From Acidobacteriota bacterium (lineage in GTDB: Bacteria > Acidobacteriota > Vicinamibacteria > Vicinamibacterales > SCN-69-37): 64,000 bases of DNA. Below the pieces are notes generated by a model, which worked only from the letters and a program-made list of their open reading frames with translations, ran no database searches and was not told where the DNA came from. This document shows, one piece after another, positions 1 through 9,900 of the stretch (positions are counted from its first letter, which is position 1; every line of letters starts with the position of its first letter). Made by a program: the position numbers and the translations under genes. The DNA is taken from positions 565 through 64,564 of the forward strand of contig JANLHE010000192.1 of NCBI GenBank assembly GCA_024653875.1, given 5' to 3'.

Positions 1-627
1 GAATACGAGATTCAGGGCTACGGCACCATCGACGATGCGATCGGCTGGTCCTACGAGATGCAGGGCCACGAGTTCTACGTCCTCGAGTTCCCGACCGCGA
101 AGAAAACCCACGTCTACGACGCGGCCACCAACACGTGGTGCCACCGGTCCTCGCGTGATGTCTCCAACGGCCTCGACCTGGCGTGGCGGCCGCGCTGGCA
201 CGTGTACGCCTTCGGCAAGCACATCGTGGGCGACTCCACCACGGGCCGCACCTTTGAACTGAGCCTCGACTACGCGACCGACGTGGACGGCCAGATGATC
301 CGGCGCGTCCGTCGGGCCCCGCATATCGGCCAGGAACTGATGATGCTCAAGTTCGGCATGTTCCGGCTGGACGTGGAAACCGGCGTGGGGATCTCGAGCG
401 GGCAGGGCAGCGCGCCCACGGCCATGCTCCGGTATTCCGATGATGGCGGCCGCACCTGGGGCCCCGAGCTCTGGCGCGAGGTCGGCGCCATCGGGGAATA
501 CAACGCCATCGTGCAGTGGGATCGCCTCGGCGCCGGGCGCCGGCGCGTGTTCGAAGTGTCGTTCACCGATCCGGTGCCGTGGCGCCTGATCGACGCCTAT
601 CTCACCGTCAGCCCGGGGAACAACTGA
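1..627 (+). CDS. Virion structural protein, C-terminal part (5' end outside window), Asp-box/BNR motif
   Basis: Frame 1 is open from nt 1 into track ORF 58..627 and has high GC3. YSDDGGRTWG fits the S-x-D-x-G-x-T-W Asp-box of beta-propeller folds. First gene of a + strand virion operon. Confidence 0.5.
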   Translation, partial: EYEIQGYGTIDDAIGWSYEMQGHEFYVLEFPTAKKTHVYDAATNTWCHRSSRDVSNGLDLAWRPRWHVYAFGKHIVGDSTTGRTFELSLDYATDVDGQMIRRVRRAPHIGQELMMLKFGMFRLDVETGVGISSGQGSAPTAMLRYSDDGGRTWGPELWREVGAIGEYNAIVQWDRLGAGRRRVFEVSFTDPVPWRLIDAYLTVSPGNN

Positions 628-1151
628 TGGCGGCGCTCACCTCTCCTCCCGGCGATTCCCCGCTCCTCTCGGACGTGGCAGGACGGTCCTGGTCTGCGAC
701 GTCCTCGGTGGCCTCCCGCCCGATGCACCGGGAGTGGTTGCGCTGGATCACACTGCTGCTGGCGATGGTCAACGTGTCGTCGCTGCGCCAAGGTGTGAGC
801 ACACTGACCGCGCAGGCCGCCTCGATTGCCGCCACCGCGATCCCCTTGGCGCCCAATGCCGCGCTGGCGACCTCGGACGGTCGGTATCGGGTGCTGGTCT
901 ATGCCCGCGTGACGCGCGCGGCGACCACGAGCAGTTCCTTGGCCGTGACGATCGGTTGGACCGATGGCGGGATCGCGTGCACCAAGGCGATCTCGGCCGT
1001 GACCGGCAACACCACGGCAACAGTCCTCCAGGAGCAGGTTGTGATCCGGGCCGACAAGGGGACGACGATTAATTACTCAACAACCTACGCATCCGTAGGC
1101 GGCGTTGTGATGACTTACAGCCTAGACGTCGTCGCGGAGGTCGTGCCGTGA
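627..1151 (+). CDS. Hypothetical virion-associated protein (174 aa)
   Basis: ATG at 627 overlaps the upstream stop (TGATG) and is in frame with track ORF 516..1151. Ala/Thr/Ser-rich, with no motif I recognise. Confidence 0.45.
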   Translation: MAALTSPPGDSPLLSDVAGRSWSATSSVASRPMHREWLRWITLLLAMVNVSSLRQGVSTLTAQAASIAATAIPLAPNAALATSDGRYRVLVYARVTRAATTSSSLAVTIGWTDGGIACTKAISAVTGNTTATVLQEQVVIRADKGTTINYSTTYASVGGVVMTYSLDVVAEVVP

Positions 1152-1195
1152 GCGCCCTTCTTTGTTTTCTGCTGGTGCGTAAGGAGTAGTCACCC

Positions 1196-2182
1196 ATGTT
1201 GGACCTGTTTAATCTTCCAGAGATTCCCAATCTCCCACCGGTGACGTTGGCAGTAGCCTGGGTTCTTCCGGCGATCGGCCTTGGCTTGTCGGCCATCACA
1301 TCCTTGTTCGGCGCTAAGAAGTCCTCCGATGCCTCCAAGAAGGCCGCGGCCGCCCAGAGTGCCGCTGCGGACAGGGCTGCGATCGAAATCAGCAAGCGGT
1401 ACGACGAGTCCCGCGCGCTGATGGATCCCTACGTGAAGAACGGAGGCGCGGCGAACGACCTCATGGGACGAATGATGAGTCCTGGTGGTGGCGGCCTTGG
1501 CGCGTATCAAAGCACAAGGTGGGGGAACACTCCTCAGACGCCCCCGATGCAGAACACCAGCGCGCCGGCTCAGTCGGGCGGTCAGTCGCCGGACGCGTGG
1601 ATGGGCGCACGAAGCGCGTCCGTGTCTGGCGGACCTATCGGCAGTGGCAACCGAGCCTTGGAACCGCAAGGCCGCATGAGTGAGATGCGCGCGATGATGG
1701 GCGACAACTCAGACATGGCTAATGGGGCCGCGCCTGGTGGCGAGATGCCGCGGTCGTGGGGCGCGCCTGGCGACGTCGGTGGCGCAGCCGGCGCGGCGAT
1801 GCGCGCGAGGGCGACCCCGTATCAGAGATCACAAGGTGGTGGTGCCCCGATGCCGTCCGGTGGAGACATTCCGCAGTCGTGGCTCGACAACCCGACCGAT
1901 CCGTCTGGGCGTCCGTATCCCAGAAACCCAGGCACGGCAGCTCTTGGCGCTCGTGTGCAGGGCCGCGAATACAACACACCCTTCGGCGTGTCAGGCGGCG
2001 GCTCTGGTGGTGGTGCTCCGATGCCGCAGTCGTGGCGCGGCGCGCCCATTTCCGGCGGCGGCGCCCCGATGCAAGGCCCTGGTGGCGCGCCGGAAATTGA
2101 TCCAGCCACGGGCCGGCCGATTGGCCCCCAGCGGTATCAGCCCTATCAAGGAAGGATGGGCGCACTTTCTCGGAGGGCGTAA
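1196..2182 (+). CDS. Gly/Pro/Met-rich low-complexity protein with N-terminal TM helix; probable internal virion/ejection protein
   Basis: AAGGAG SD upstream of the ATG. Hydrophobic helix VTLAVAWVLPAIGLGLSAITSLFG. Repeated GGGAPMP and PQSW peptides. Confidence 0.5.
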   Translation: MLDLFNLPEIPNLPPVTLAVAWVLPAIGLGLSAITSLFGAKKSSDASKKAAAAQSAAADRAAIEISKRYDESRALMDPYVKNGGAANDLMGRMMSPGGGGLGAYQSTRWGNTPQTPPMQNTSAPAQSGGQSPDAWMGARSASVSGGPIGSGNRALEPQGRMSEMRAMMGDNSDMANGAAPGGEMPRSWGAPGDVGGAAGAAMRARATPYQRSQGGGAPMPSGGDIPQSWLDNPTDPSGRPYPRNPGTAALGARVQGREYNTPFGVSGGGSGGGAPMPQSWRGAPISGGGAPMQGPGGAPEIDPATGRPIGPQRYQPYQGRMGALSRRA

Positions 2183-2185
2183 CCG

Positions 2186-5100
2186 ATGCCAAACCCTAAC
2201 TTCGACGAAGACAAAGGCATCGGTACCTTTGATCCGATGAATCCGCGAGGTCCGCAGACTATGGATCCCGGGATGAGCACGCCTACGCCGCTCTCATGGG
2301 GCGCCAGCGGGCCGGGCAATGCGTCCCTGGGGCCGGCGCCCGCAGGCGGAACCGACACCATGGGCTACTTCCTCACGCCGTGGACGGGCAAGTTTGACTC
2401 CTCGAAGTACGGCGGGGGGGGTGGCGGCGCGTATCCCACGCTGCCCTCGTTCAACTTCGGCGCGTTCACGCCGAGCAACTACAACGCCCAGAAGTTCAAC
2501 GCGTCGGGGGAGTTCAAGCCCCAGACGTCGAACTTCAAAGGGTCGCGCCTGAGTGCGCCGCAGGGCTTCCAGTCGCCGAACACGGGCTTCATGGGGGGGT
2601 TGACGCAGCGGGCGCCGTCGCAGGCCGCGCGAGGATTCCAACAGGCGTCAGTCACACAGCAACAGCCGAATCGGCCCGCGCCGGTGAAGCCAGTCAACCC
2701 CATGGGATCCAAGGCGCCTGGATCGCCAGACCCCTTCCAGGGTAATGGCGTGTGGACTGGCGACGGGTGGGTGCCCAAAGGCCATCCCCTGGCCGAACCC
2801 GTGTTGCAGAAGCAGCAACAGTACGACGAGGCCATGCGCACGTACGAGACGGATCTGGCCGCGTACAACACCCCCGCGCCGGTCGCCGCGCCTCAGCCAG
2901 CCGCCCTGAATCCTGTCCGTGCAGAGGTTCAGCCAGTCGATCCCCGACAGGAAGGCCCTCCATCAACGCGCCCTGGCGGCTTGACGCAGCGCGCGACCGA
3001 CACGTTTCAAGGCGCGCGCCTTGACACACCAGACGCGTTCGCCGGCGGCCCGAACTTCTCGTACGACAACTTTGAGGGGGGACCGGACTATCAGGCCGAA
3101 CGGTTTGGTCCGGCCGCGCAGTTTGCCGGCGGCGATCGGCTGTCCGTAGACAGGTTCAACCAGGGCCCGGACTTTCAGCCGACCGACGCCTACCGCGCGG
3201 AACGGTATGACCCGGGATCGGAGTTCTCGGCCAGTACCGGTCCGCTCGAGCTCGACCGCATGAACGCGGCCCGCTTTGACAGCGGCCAGCAGCCCTATAC
3301 GGCCGAGCGGGTGACCGGAGGCCAGGACTTCAATGCCCAGACGGGTCGCTTGGCGTTAGGCCGCTATGCCGGACGCGCGGACTTCACCGGTGGCCCGGGC
3401 GCCGACACGCCACTCGCGCTTGATCGCTTCGCCCAGGAACGGCTGTCGGATCGGCCGGACTTCGAGGTGCCCAGCTACGCGGAGGCCGAAAACGATCCGG
3501 CCTTCCAGTTCCGCCTCAAGATGGCGAATCAGCAGATCCAGAACTCGGCGGCAGCGAAGGGATCGCTCCGGTCCGTGAACACCATGAAGGGCCTGATGGA
3601 CTACGCGCAGGACGCGGCGTCCCAGGAATACGACAAGGTGTACGGGCGCCGGAAGGGCGAGTACGACACGGCCACGCAGAACGCCCAGAGCACGTACGCC
3701 GCCAACCAGCAGGAGCGGATGGGCGGGTTCGACCGCAACAATCAGGCGGCGCTCAACGAAGGCACGATCAACTTCGACCGCAACGCGCAGGTCTTTGATC
3801 GCAACGTGTCACAGGACATGGCCCGCTACGACCGCGATGTGGCCGCGACCGGGGCCGAGTACGAAGCCGACTACGGCCGGGAACTGGACACGTTTGACCG
3901 GAACGAGGCGCGCCGATTGGGCGAGTTTGACCGCAATGCCGCGGCGACGCGCGACCAGTCCGCGATGCGCTTCGACCAGGCGGCCGGCACGTATGACCGC
4001 AACATCGCGGCCGATCTGGCGTCCTATGACCGGAATACCGCCGCCGATGCGGCGGAAACGGCCGACGCCTACGGGCGCGAAACCGACACGTTCGACCGGA
4101 ACCAGGCGCAGCGCGCCGGGGAGTTCGACCGAAACAGTGAAGCCGCACGTGCCGAGAACGAGATTGCCTATGGGCGCTCGTCCAGTGAATACGACCGAGA
4201 CACGACGAATCGGCTGGCTGAATTTGACCGCAACGCGCAGGCGGGCATCCTCGAAAACCAGACCGCTTATGACCGGTCCATGGGCGAGTTCGGCGTCAAT
4301 GAGGACAGCCGACGGGCCTCCTACGACCGCGAGGCCGCCGCCGCCCGGGATGAGAGCACGATCAACTTCGACCGACGCGCCGCCACCGACGCCACCAACT
4401 ACAACCGCGCGCTGACCACGAACGACTTGAACTACACGCGGAACGCCAGCGAATACGATCGGAAGGTCGCCAACGACCTGGCTATCAATGAGGCGAATTA
4501 CGGCCGTGGCGCCTCCGAGTTCGACCGCAACTTCGGGAACGCATTCAACATCGACCAATCCCTGTACGACCGTGCCGCGTCCGAATACGACCGCGACTTC
4601 TCGCAGAACATGGCGGTAGATGAGACCAACTACGGGCGTGGATCCTCCGAGAACGACCGGGACTTCGGCCGCGAGTTCGATATCTACCAGGGCAATTACA
4701 CGAACGAGCTCAACGCGTTCGGGGCCAACAGTGGGGCGTCGCAGGCGGCGGCCGGACTTAACTGGCAGATCGATCAGGGCCGGTACGACCGTAACTATCA
4801 GGATGCGCTGACCCGGTACGGGATGGACCGCGATGCGGCCATGGGCGCGTACAGCGCGGGGCAGTCTGGCGCGAATCAGGAGTACAACCGCGCGCTCAAT
4901 GACTACGAGCGTGAGCGGGATGAGTACTGGAAGCAGCAGGACATCCAGTACGGGCGCGTCTACGACCAGCAACGGTTGGGCTACGACGCCTCCAGCCAGG
5001 CCGCCGGGTACGCGACCGGCTACGGTCGTGACCAAGCCAACAACGCCTACGACCGGGGCAACGCGGAGGCGTCCGGCTACATGGGCAGAGCCAACGCGTG

Positions 5101-5230
5101 GAACCGAGGCGCGCAGGGCGTCGGCGACGCCGCGCTGACGGCCGGGATGTACGCCGCGACACGGCCTGGGCAGACACCGCCGCCGCCACAAACCACGCTG
5201 CCACCGCCGCCGCCATACAGAGGGCCATAG
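2186..5230 (+). CDS. 1014-aa repeat protein (aromatic-D-R punctuated 7/11/15-residue modules); probable internal virion protein
   Basis: The ATG lies 3 nt after the upstream stop. The long ORF has high GC3. The central third is built of FDRN/YDRN/YGR-initiated modules (see repeat 3893-4387). Confidence 0.6.
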   Translation: MPNPNFDEDKGIGTFDPMNPRGPQTMDPGMSTPTPLSWGASGPGNASLGPAPAGGTDTMGYFLTPWTGKFDSSKYGGGGGGAYPTLPSFNFGAFTPSNYNAQKFNASGEFKPQTSNFKGSRLSAPQGFQSPNTGFMGGLTQRAPSQAARGFQQASVTQQQPNRPAPVKPVNPMGSKAPGSPDPFQGNGVWTGDGWVPKGHPLAEPVLQKQQQYDEAMRTYETDLAAYNTPAPVAAPQPAALNPVRAEVQPVDPRQEGPPSTRPGGLTQRATDTFQGARLDTPDAFAGGPNFSYDNFEGGPDYQAERFGPAAQFAGGDRLSVDRFNQGPDFQPTDAYRAERYDPGSEFSASTGPLELDRMNAARFDSGQQPYTAERVTGGQDFNAQTGRLALGRYAGRADFTGGPGADTPLALDRFAQERLSDRPDFEVPSYAEAENDPAFQFRLKMANQQIQNSAAAKGSLRSVNTMKGLMDYAQDAASQEYDKVYGRRKGEYDTATQNAQSTYAANQQERMGGFDRNNQAALNEGTINFDRNAQVFDRNVSQDMARYDRDVAATGAEYEADYGRELDTFDRNEARRLGEFDRNAAATRDQSAMRFDQAAGTYDRNIAADLASYDRNTAADAAETADAYGRETDTFDRNQAQRAGEFDRNSEAARAENEIAYGRSSSEYDRDTTNRLAEFDRNAQAGILENQTAYDRSMGEFGVNEDSRRASYDREAAAARDESTINFDRRAATDATNYNRALTTNDLNYTRNASEYDRKVANDLAINEANYGRGASEFDRNFGNAFNIDQSLYDRAASEYDRDFSQNMAVDETNYGRGSSENDRDFGREFDIYQGNYTNELNAFGANSGASQAAAGLNWQIDQGRYDRNYQDALTRYGMDRDAAMGAYSAGQSGANQEYNRALNDYERERDEYWKQQDIQYGRVYDQQRLGYDASSQAAGYATGYGRDQANNAYDRGNAEASGYMGRANAWNRGAQGVGDAALTAGMYAATRPGQTPPPPQTTLPPPPPYRGP
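3893..4387 (+). repeat. Five in-phase 33-residue (99-nt) tandem repeats, each 11+15+7 residues, inside CDS 2186-5230
   Basis: The units read FDRNEARRLGE/FDRNAAATRDQSAMR/FDQAAGT, then YDRNIAADLAS/YDRNTAADAAETADA/YGRETDT, and so on for five units. More degenerate 7/15-residue modules flank them from about 3600 to about 4900. Confidence 0.8.
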
Positions 5231-5232
5231 AC

Positions 5233-6969
5233 ATGCCACTCGACTACAGCATCCCGCTTCAGGGCCAAGTGGCCCAGTTCGAACCCCTAAAGATCATGGG
5301 CGACATGACGCGCCTGCACGCCCAGCGGCAGGAGAACGAGATCAATCAGATGCGTATGGGGGAGTTCACCCGCGAGCGCACGATGAAGGACGCCACGATG
5401 AAGGCGCTGCAGGGATCTGGCGGCGACCCGAGCAAGGCCATCAGCACGCTCCGATCCCAAGGCTACTGGGAAGCGGCGGACAGCATCGACAAAACACTCC
5501 GCGAGAACCGCAAGGCGATGGCCGAAGAAGTCAAGACCCAGAACGCCAACCGGGCCGATGGGCTCGGACAAGTCACACAGATCATGCAGGCGGTCAAGTC
5601 CGCCGATGGCTACAAGGCCGTGCTGCCGACCGTGCGCTCGATTCTTGAGAAGACCGATCCGAACCTATTGTCGCAGGTTAAGGACGAGTACGATCCTGAG
5701 TTCGTCTCACAAGCGACGACATGGGGGATGAAGGCCAGCGAGTATGCGACGATCCGCAAGGAAGCGGCCGAAGCGTTGGAGAAGCTCGCCGAACAGCCGC
5801 TGAAGGAGATCGAGCGGCACAACAAGTATCTCGCCGAGGGCGCGAAATACCTCTCCACGGTGGACACGCCCGAGGAATGGACGGACACGATCAACGGCAT
5901 GCACGAGATGGGCTTCCCGGCCGCGACGCTCGAAATGCTAGGGCATCAGTTGACACCCGACAACGTGGAACAGGTCAAGTTGCTGGCCGGAGGCAAACAG
6001 CTGGAACCGGGCACGTTCGGCAGTTACCTGACGCAGTTGGCGAAGGAACGGAAGGTGGACGTGACCGACCTGAGCACGCAAACGATCGAGGGCGCGCGCC
6101 AGCGGTGGTCCGCATCCGACAACATGCCCCGAGGGGAAGCCGTGCAACCGGGCACGTTCCAGTCGTTCGTGCGTGCGAAAGCGAAGGAACTCGGCGTCGC
6201 GCCAAGTGCGCTGAACAGCGAGCAGCAGTTGGGGATCCGCAACGCGTGGGGCGCTGAAGGTGCGTCCCTGGCGCAGATCGGCGCGGCCGAACGGTGGAAG
6301 GAAGATCAACTCGCGCGTATCCGCAGAGAGCGCGCGGCCGATCTCAGCCAGTCAGTGCCTGCCGAGTTCTGGGATGGGGAAATGCGACGGGTCGAGGAAT
6401 CGTACCGGAAGCAGTTGCCCGCTGGCGGCGCGCCGGCGGCGCCTCGTAGCGGCGGTTCTCCGATTGGCCCATTGCCGGACATCTTCCAGTCTCAGCCGTC
6501 GCGTGTGGCGCCGATGCAGATGCCTGGACCGGTGCGTGGGCTCCCTGGTGGAGGGGGACCGCCCCAGGGCGGCGTGAATTTAGGATCGTTGTCTGGCCGC
6601 GGCCCGGCACCCTCCGGGCCTCCACCGCAGGCCCAACCGCTTCAGCGGCCTCAGATGTCCGCGCCACGTCCGAGTGGCCCGCCGGCGCCGCCGATGAGCG
6701 CCCAGGTGGACACGACGCGCATGGGATCGTTGAGCGCGCCGCCCGCGCCAGCGCGCCCGTTCGCTCCGGTCCCGCAGTCGCCCCCGATGCGACCGGAACC
6801 GTCGAGCCCGCGCGCCGCCGCGCCAGCCGCGGCGCCGTCCGCGCCGGACCAGATAGTTCGTTTGTTGGAGAAGCGCGCGCCAGGGCAATATGACCTGGCT
6901 GATGGCAGTTCCTGGTTCAAAGATCCGACAGGATCGATTCGCCAACTCAAACCTGCCGGCCGCCGATAA
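5233..6969 (+). CDS. Hypothetical 578-aa protein, helical N-part and Pro-rich C-part; probable internal virion protein
   Basis: The ATG at 5233 lies 3 nt after the upstream TAG and is in frame with track ORF 5098..6969. The C-terminal 170 aa are rich in P/A/G/S. Confidence 0.5.
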   Translation: MPLDYSIPLQGQVAQFEPLKIMGDMTRLHAQRQENEINQMRMGEFTRERTMKDATMKALQGSGGDPSKAISTLRSQGYWEAADSIDKTLRENRKAMAEEVKTQNANRADGLGQVTQIMQAVKSADGYKAVLPTVRSILEKTDPNLLSQVKDEYDPEFVSQATTWGMKASEYATIRKEAAEALEKLAEQPLKEIERHNKYLAEGAKYLSTVDTPEEWTDTINGMHEMGFPAATLEMLGHQLTPDNVEQVKLLAGGKQLEPGTFGSYLTQLAKERKVDVTDLSTQTIEGARQRWSASDNMPRGEAVQPGTFQSFVRAKAKELGVAPSALNSEQQLGIRNAWGAEGASLAQIGAAERWKEDQLARIRRERAADLSQSVPAEFWDGEMRRVEESYRKQLPAGGAPAAPRSGGSPIGPLPDIFQSQPSRVAPMQMPGPVRGLPGGGGPPQGGVNLGSLSGRGPAPSGPPPQAQPLQRPQMSAPRPSGPPAPPMSAQVDTTRMGSLSAPPAPARPFAPVPQSPPMRPEPSSPRAAAPAAAPSAPDQIVRLLEKRAPGQYDLADGSSWFKDPTGSIRQLKPAGRR

Positions 6970-6981
6970 GGACGTTTCCTG

Positions 6982-9900
6982 ATGGCGTTCCAGAACTTCG
7001 GCCTGTTGGGCTCGACGATGGGGGGCCTCACCCGTCGTCTGTCCGCACGTACGCCGACTACCTCACGGCTGACGCCGTTCAAGCCGGTCTCGTCGCATGA
7101 CGACGAGGAGGACGATCCCTACCAGATCGTGCGGTTCAAGCCGGTGGCCAGCCATACGCAGGAACCGCCCGAAGAAGAGGACCGCTTCCAGATCACGAAC
7201 TTCACACCGCTGGGCCAGATGACACCGGCGCCGAGTCATCGCGTGGACCCGTTGGCCCTCCTCAAGATTGAGCCGAACGTCGCGGCCACCAAGCAGACCG
7301 ATCAGGACGACACCGGCGACCTTGGCGCGGCCTGGAAGCGGTTCCAGACAAAGTTCCCGTCTGCCGCGCAGGCGATTGGGTATGTGCGCTTCGGCGATCC
7401 CGCCCTGATGGACAAGAAGAAAGTAGACGGCTGGGTCAACTCTGAGCGCGGCATTGAAATCAACCCCAGCCGACTGTCAAGGGATTCCGATCTGGAATCG
7501 TTGATCGCGCACGAGGTGACACATCTACTGCGTGACGACGGGGACGCCGAAGGGCGCGCCAACGCTATCGAGAAGGCCTACAAAGTCTCAATGCTCCCTA
7601 CGATGCGGCCCGTGAGTTCGCACGGCGCCTCCACAAAGCCGAGCACAACCAGGACGCCGATTTCCAACAAGGATGATCCGCTCCGGGTTGTGAACTTTGT
7701 GCCATTCGAGCGCAATCCCATAGCGATCGGACCCGCGCAGCCACGGCCGATGTCCATGTCGGACCTGATGCGCGCGGAGATGAACAAGGCGCCGCTTCAA
7801 GCTGGCGCCATAGTGGATCTGACGGTCCCTGACCGTGACCCCCATTTCGACGTAAGCGGGTCGCTGCCCATCAAGACACCGCAACGCCTGTACATGACGC
7901 CGGGAGCGAAGCCCGGCGATGATCCGACCTTCTCGCCGGAGATGCCGAAGCCTGACGCGCCCTTTACGCCAAAGGGCGCGAAGGTCCCAGAGATGCTCAG
8001 TCGCGGTGTCGTCTCAGGCGTGTCCTCGCTGGCGGCCGGCGCCGGCGGCATGCTGCAGGCGGTCGCTGCGGAGGGGAGCGCGGCGGAACGTCACGGCCAG
8101 GCGCTGGTCGAACTCGACAAGAAGATCCAGAAACTCGCCCGGCCGGCCGAACGCTACCTCGTCGATGTGTTCGAGAATCCGGAACTGGCGAAGGACCCGG
8201 AATGGTGGGCGTACACGGCCGGCACGACGTTGGGCTCCATGGTGGGATTCATGGTGCCCGCGCAGGCGGGAGCGATGATTGGGGGGCGCCTTGCGGTAGG
8301 GGCGGCGGCCCTGCTGAGTCGAACCGCTCAAGCCAGAGAGCTCTTTATGGGCACCGGCTTTGTGCTGGGCGGCGGCGTGGTTGAGGGTTTAATCGAAGGC
8401 GGAAGCGCGTTCAACGACGCGATCGCTGCCGGCAAGTCGAAAAAAGAAGCGGGCGAAATCGCGGCGTCTGTGGCGGCCTTGAACGTCCCGCTGATTGCCG
8501 GGACGGCCGGATTGGGCTACCTGCCGCAGTTGTTCAATGCCGGTGGGGCGAAGTCTGCCGCCAAGCGAACAATCCAGTGGTTCTCTGGCGGCATGATGGA
8601 ATCAGGGCAGGAGGTAGGACAGCAAGGGATCTCCAATCGGGCTGCTGGGCGTCCAATCACTGAAGGGATGGGCACGGCCGCTGTCGGAGGGTTCATCGGT
8701 GGCGGCGTGGCGGGTCCAACGATCGGTGCCATGAACACCGAGGACTCGAAGGCCAGCGCGCGCGGCACGCAGGACCCAGGCCAGACGCGGTTCTACGAGA
8801 ACATGACGGCGAACCTGATGACGCCCCCGCGGCCGCCGTCTGGCCCGACCTCGCCTGGGCCTGTGGCGCCGAGCGTCGCACCCACCCCAGCCGCCCCAGA
8901 GATCGTCACCTTCACACCGGCCGACAAGGTGAAGGAACCAGCAGTTTCGCCGGATGTTTCCCGTGGAACGTCACCTGATCCGGCAGTCCTGCAGCAGCAG
9001 GCCGAGCGGTTCAGCGATCTGCGGGCCTTGGAAGCGCAACTCAAGGACACGAACAGCCCGAAGCGCCGGCAGGAGATCGAGTTCGAACTGACCGGCATCC
9101 GGCGCCATTACGAGGACACCTACCAGGCGATTGAGCAGGCCGGCGTGGATCCGGTGCAGGTCCGGCACACGGTGGAGCAGGGGCAGCCCGAGGCGCCGTC
9201 GGAGCCCTACAGTTACTCGACCACGCAGTTCAACCTACCGGAACCGGTGGCCGAGCGCGTACTGGACTTGGGCCGGAAGATTCCTGATGTGGACCTGGCC
9301 GAGGATGGCCGGGAAACCGAACCGCACCTGACGGTGAAGTACGGCCTACACACCGAGGACGTGGAGGAGGTCCGTGCGGCGCTGGCCGACATGAAGCCGT
9401 TCAAGGTGAAGCTGGGCGCGACGTCGTTCTTTCCGAATGGGGAGTCAGATTCCGGCGACGTGCTGAAGGTGGACGTTTCTTCCGCGTACTTGAGCCTGCT
9501 GAACAAGCGGTTGGCGAAGGCCCTGGACCACTCGGACACGAAAGCGTACAGCCCGCACGTGACCATCGCGTACCTCAAGGCGGGACGGGGCGAGGCCTAC
9601 ACGAACGACGACGCCCTGAAGGGCACCGAGATCCTCGTGGACCGGATCACGTTTGGCGGCAAAAATGGCCAGCGGGTCGAGATTCCCCTAGGTACGCAGG
9701 CGCAGCCAGTGCCACCTCAAGAGTTTCAAACTGGACAGCAGGCGGCTAAGGAAGAAATCGCTCTATCGGATCAACAATGGAAGGCTGCCACTGATCGGTG
9801 GGTCGCAGCGAGAAGAGACTTGGAGTCTGGAGCTATTTCCCCAGCGCAATTCGAGGCTGAACAAGCACGCTTCTTGGCATTGACAGACGATTTATCCAGA

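Noticed and set aside
3809-5239. Long antisense ORFs. Examples: 3809-5239 (-), 476 aa; 35347-36849 (+), 500 aa, opposite int; 32681-33781 (+), 366 aa, opposite tnpB; 48098-49207 (-); 15163-16233 (-); 29028-30092 (-); 60758-61606 (-).
   Set aside because: These are typical shadow ORFs of high-GC DNA. Their products are Arg/Pro/Gly-rich with no motifs. The opposite strand carries genes with clear catalytic motifs and better third-position GC.
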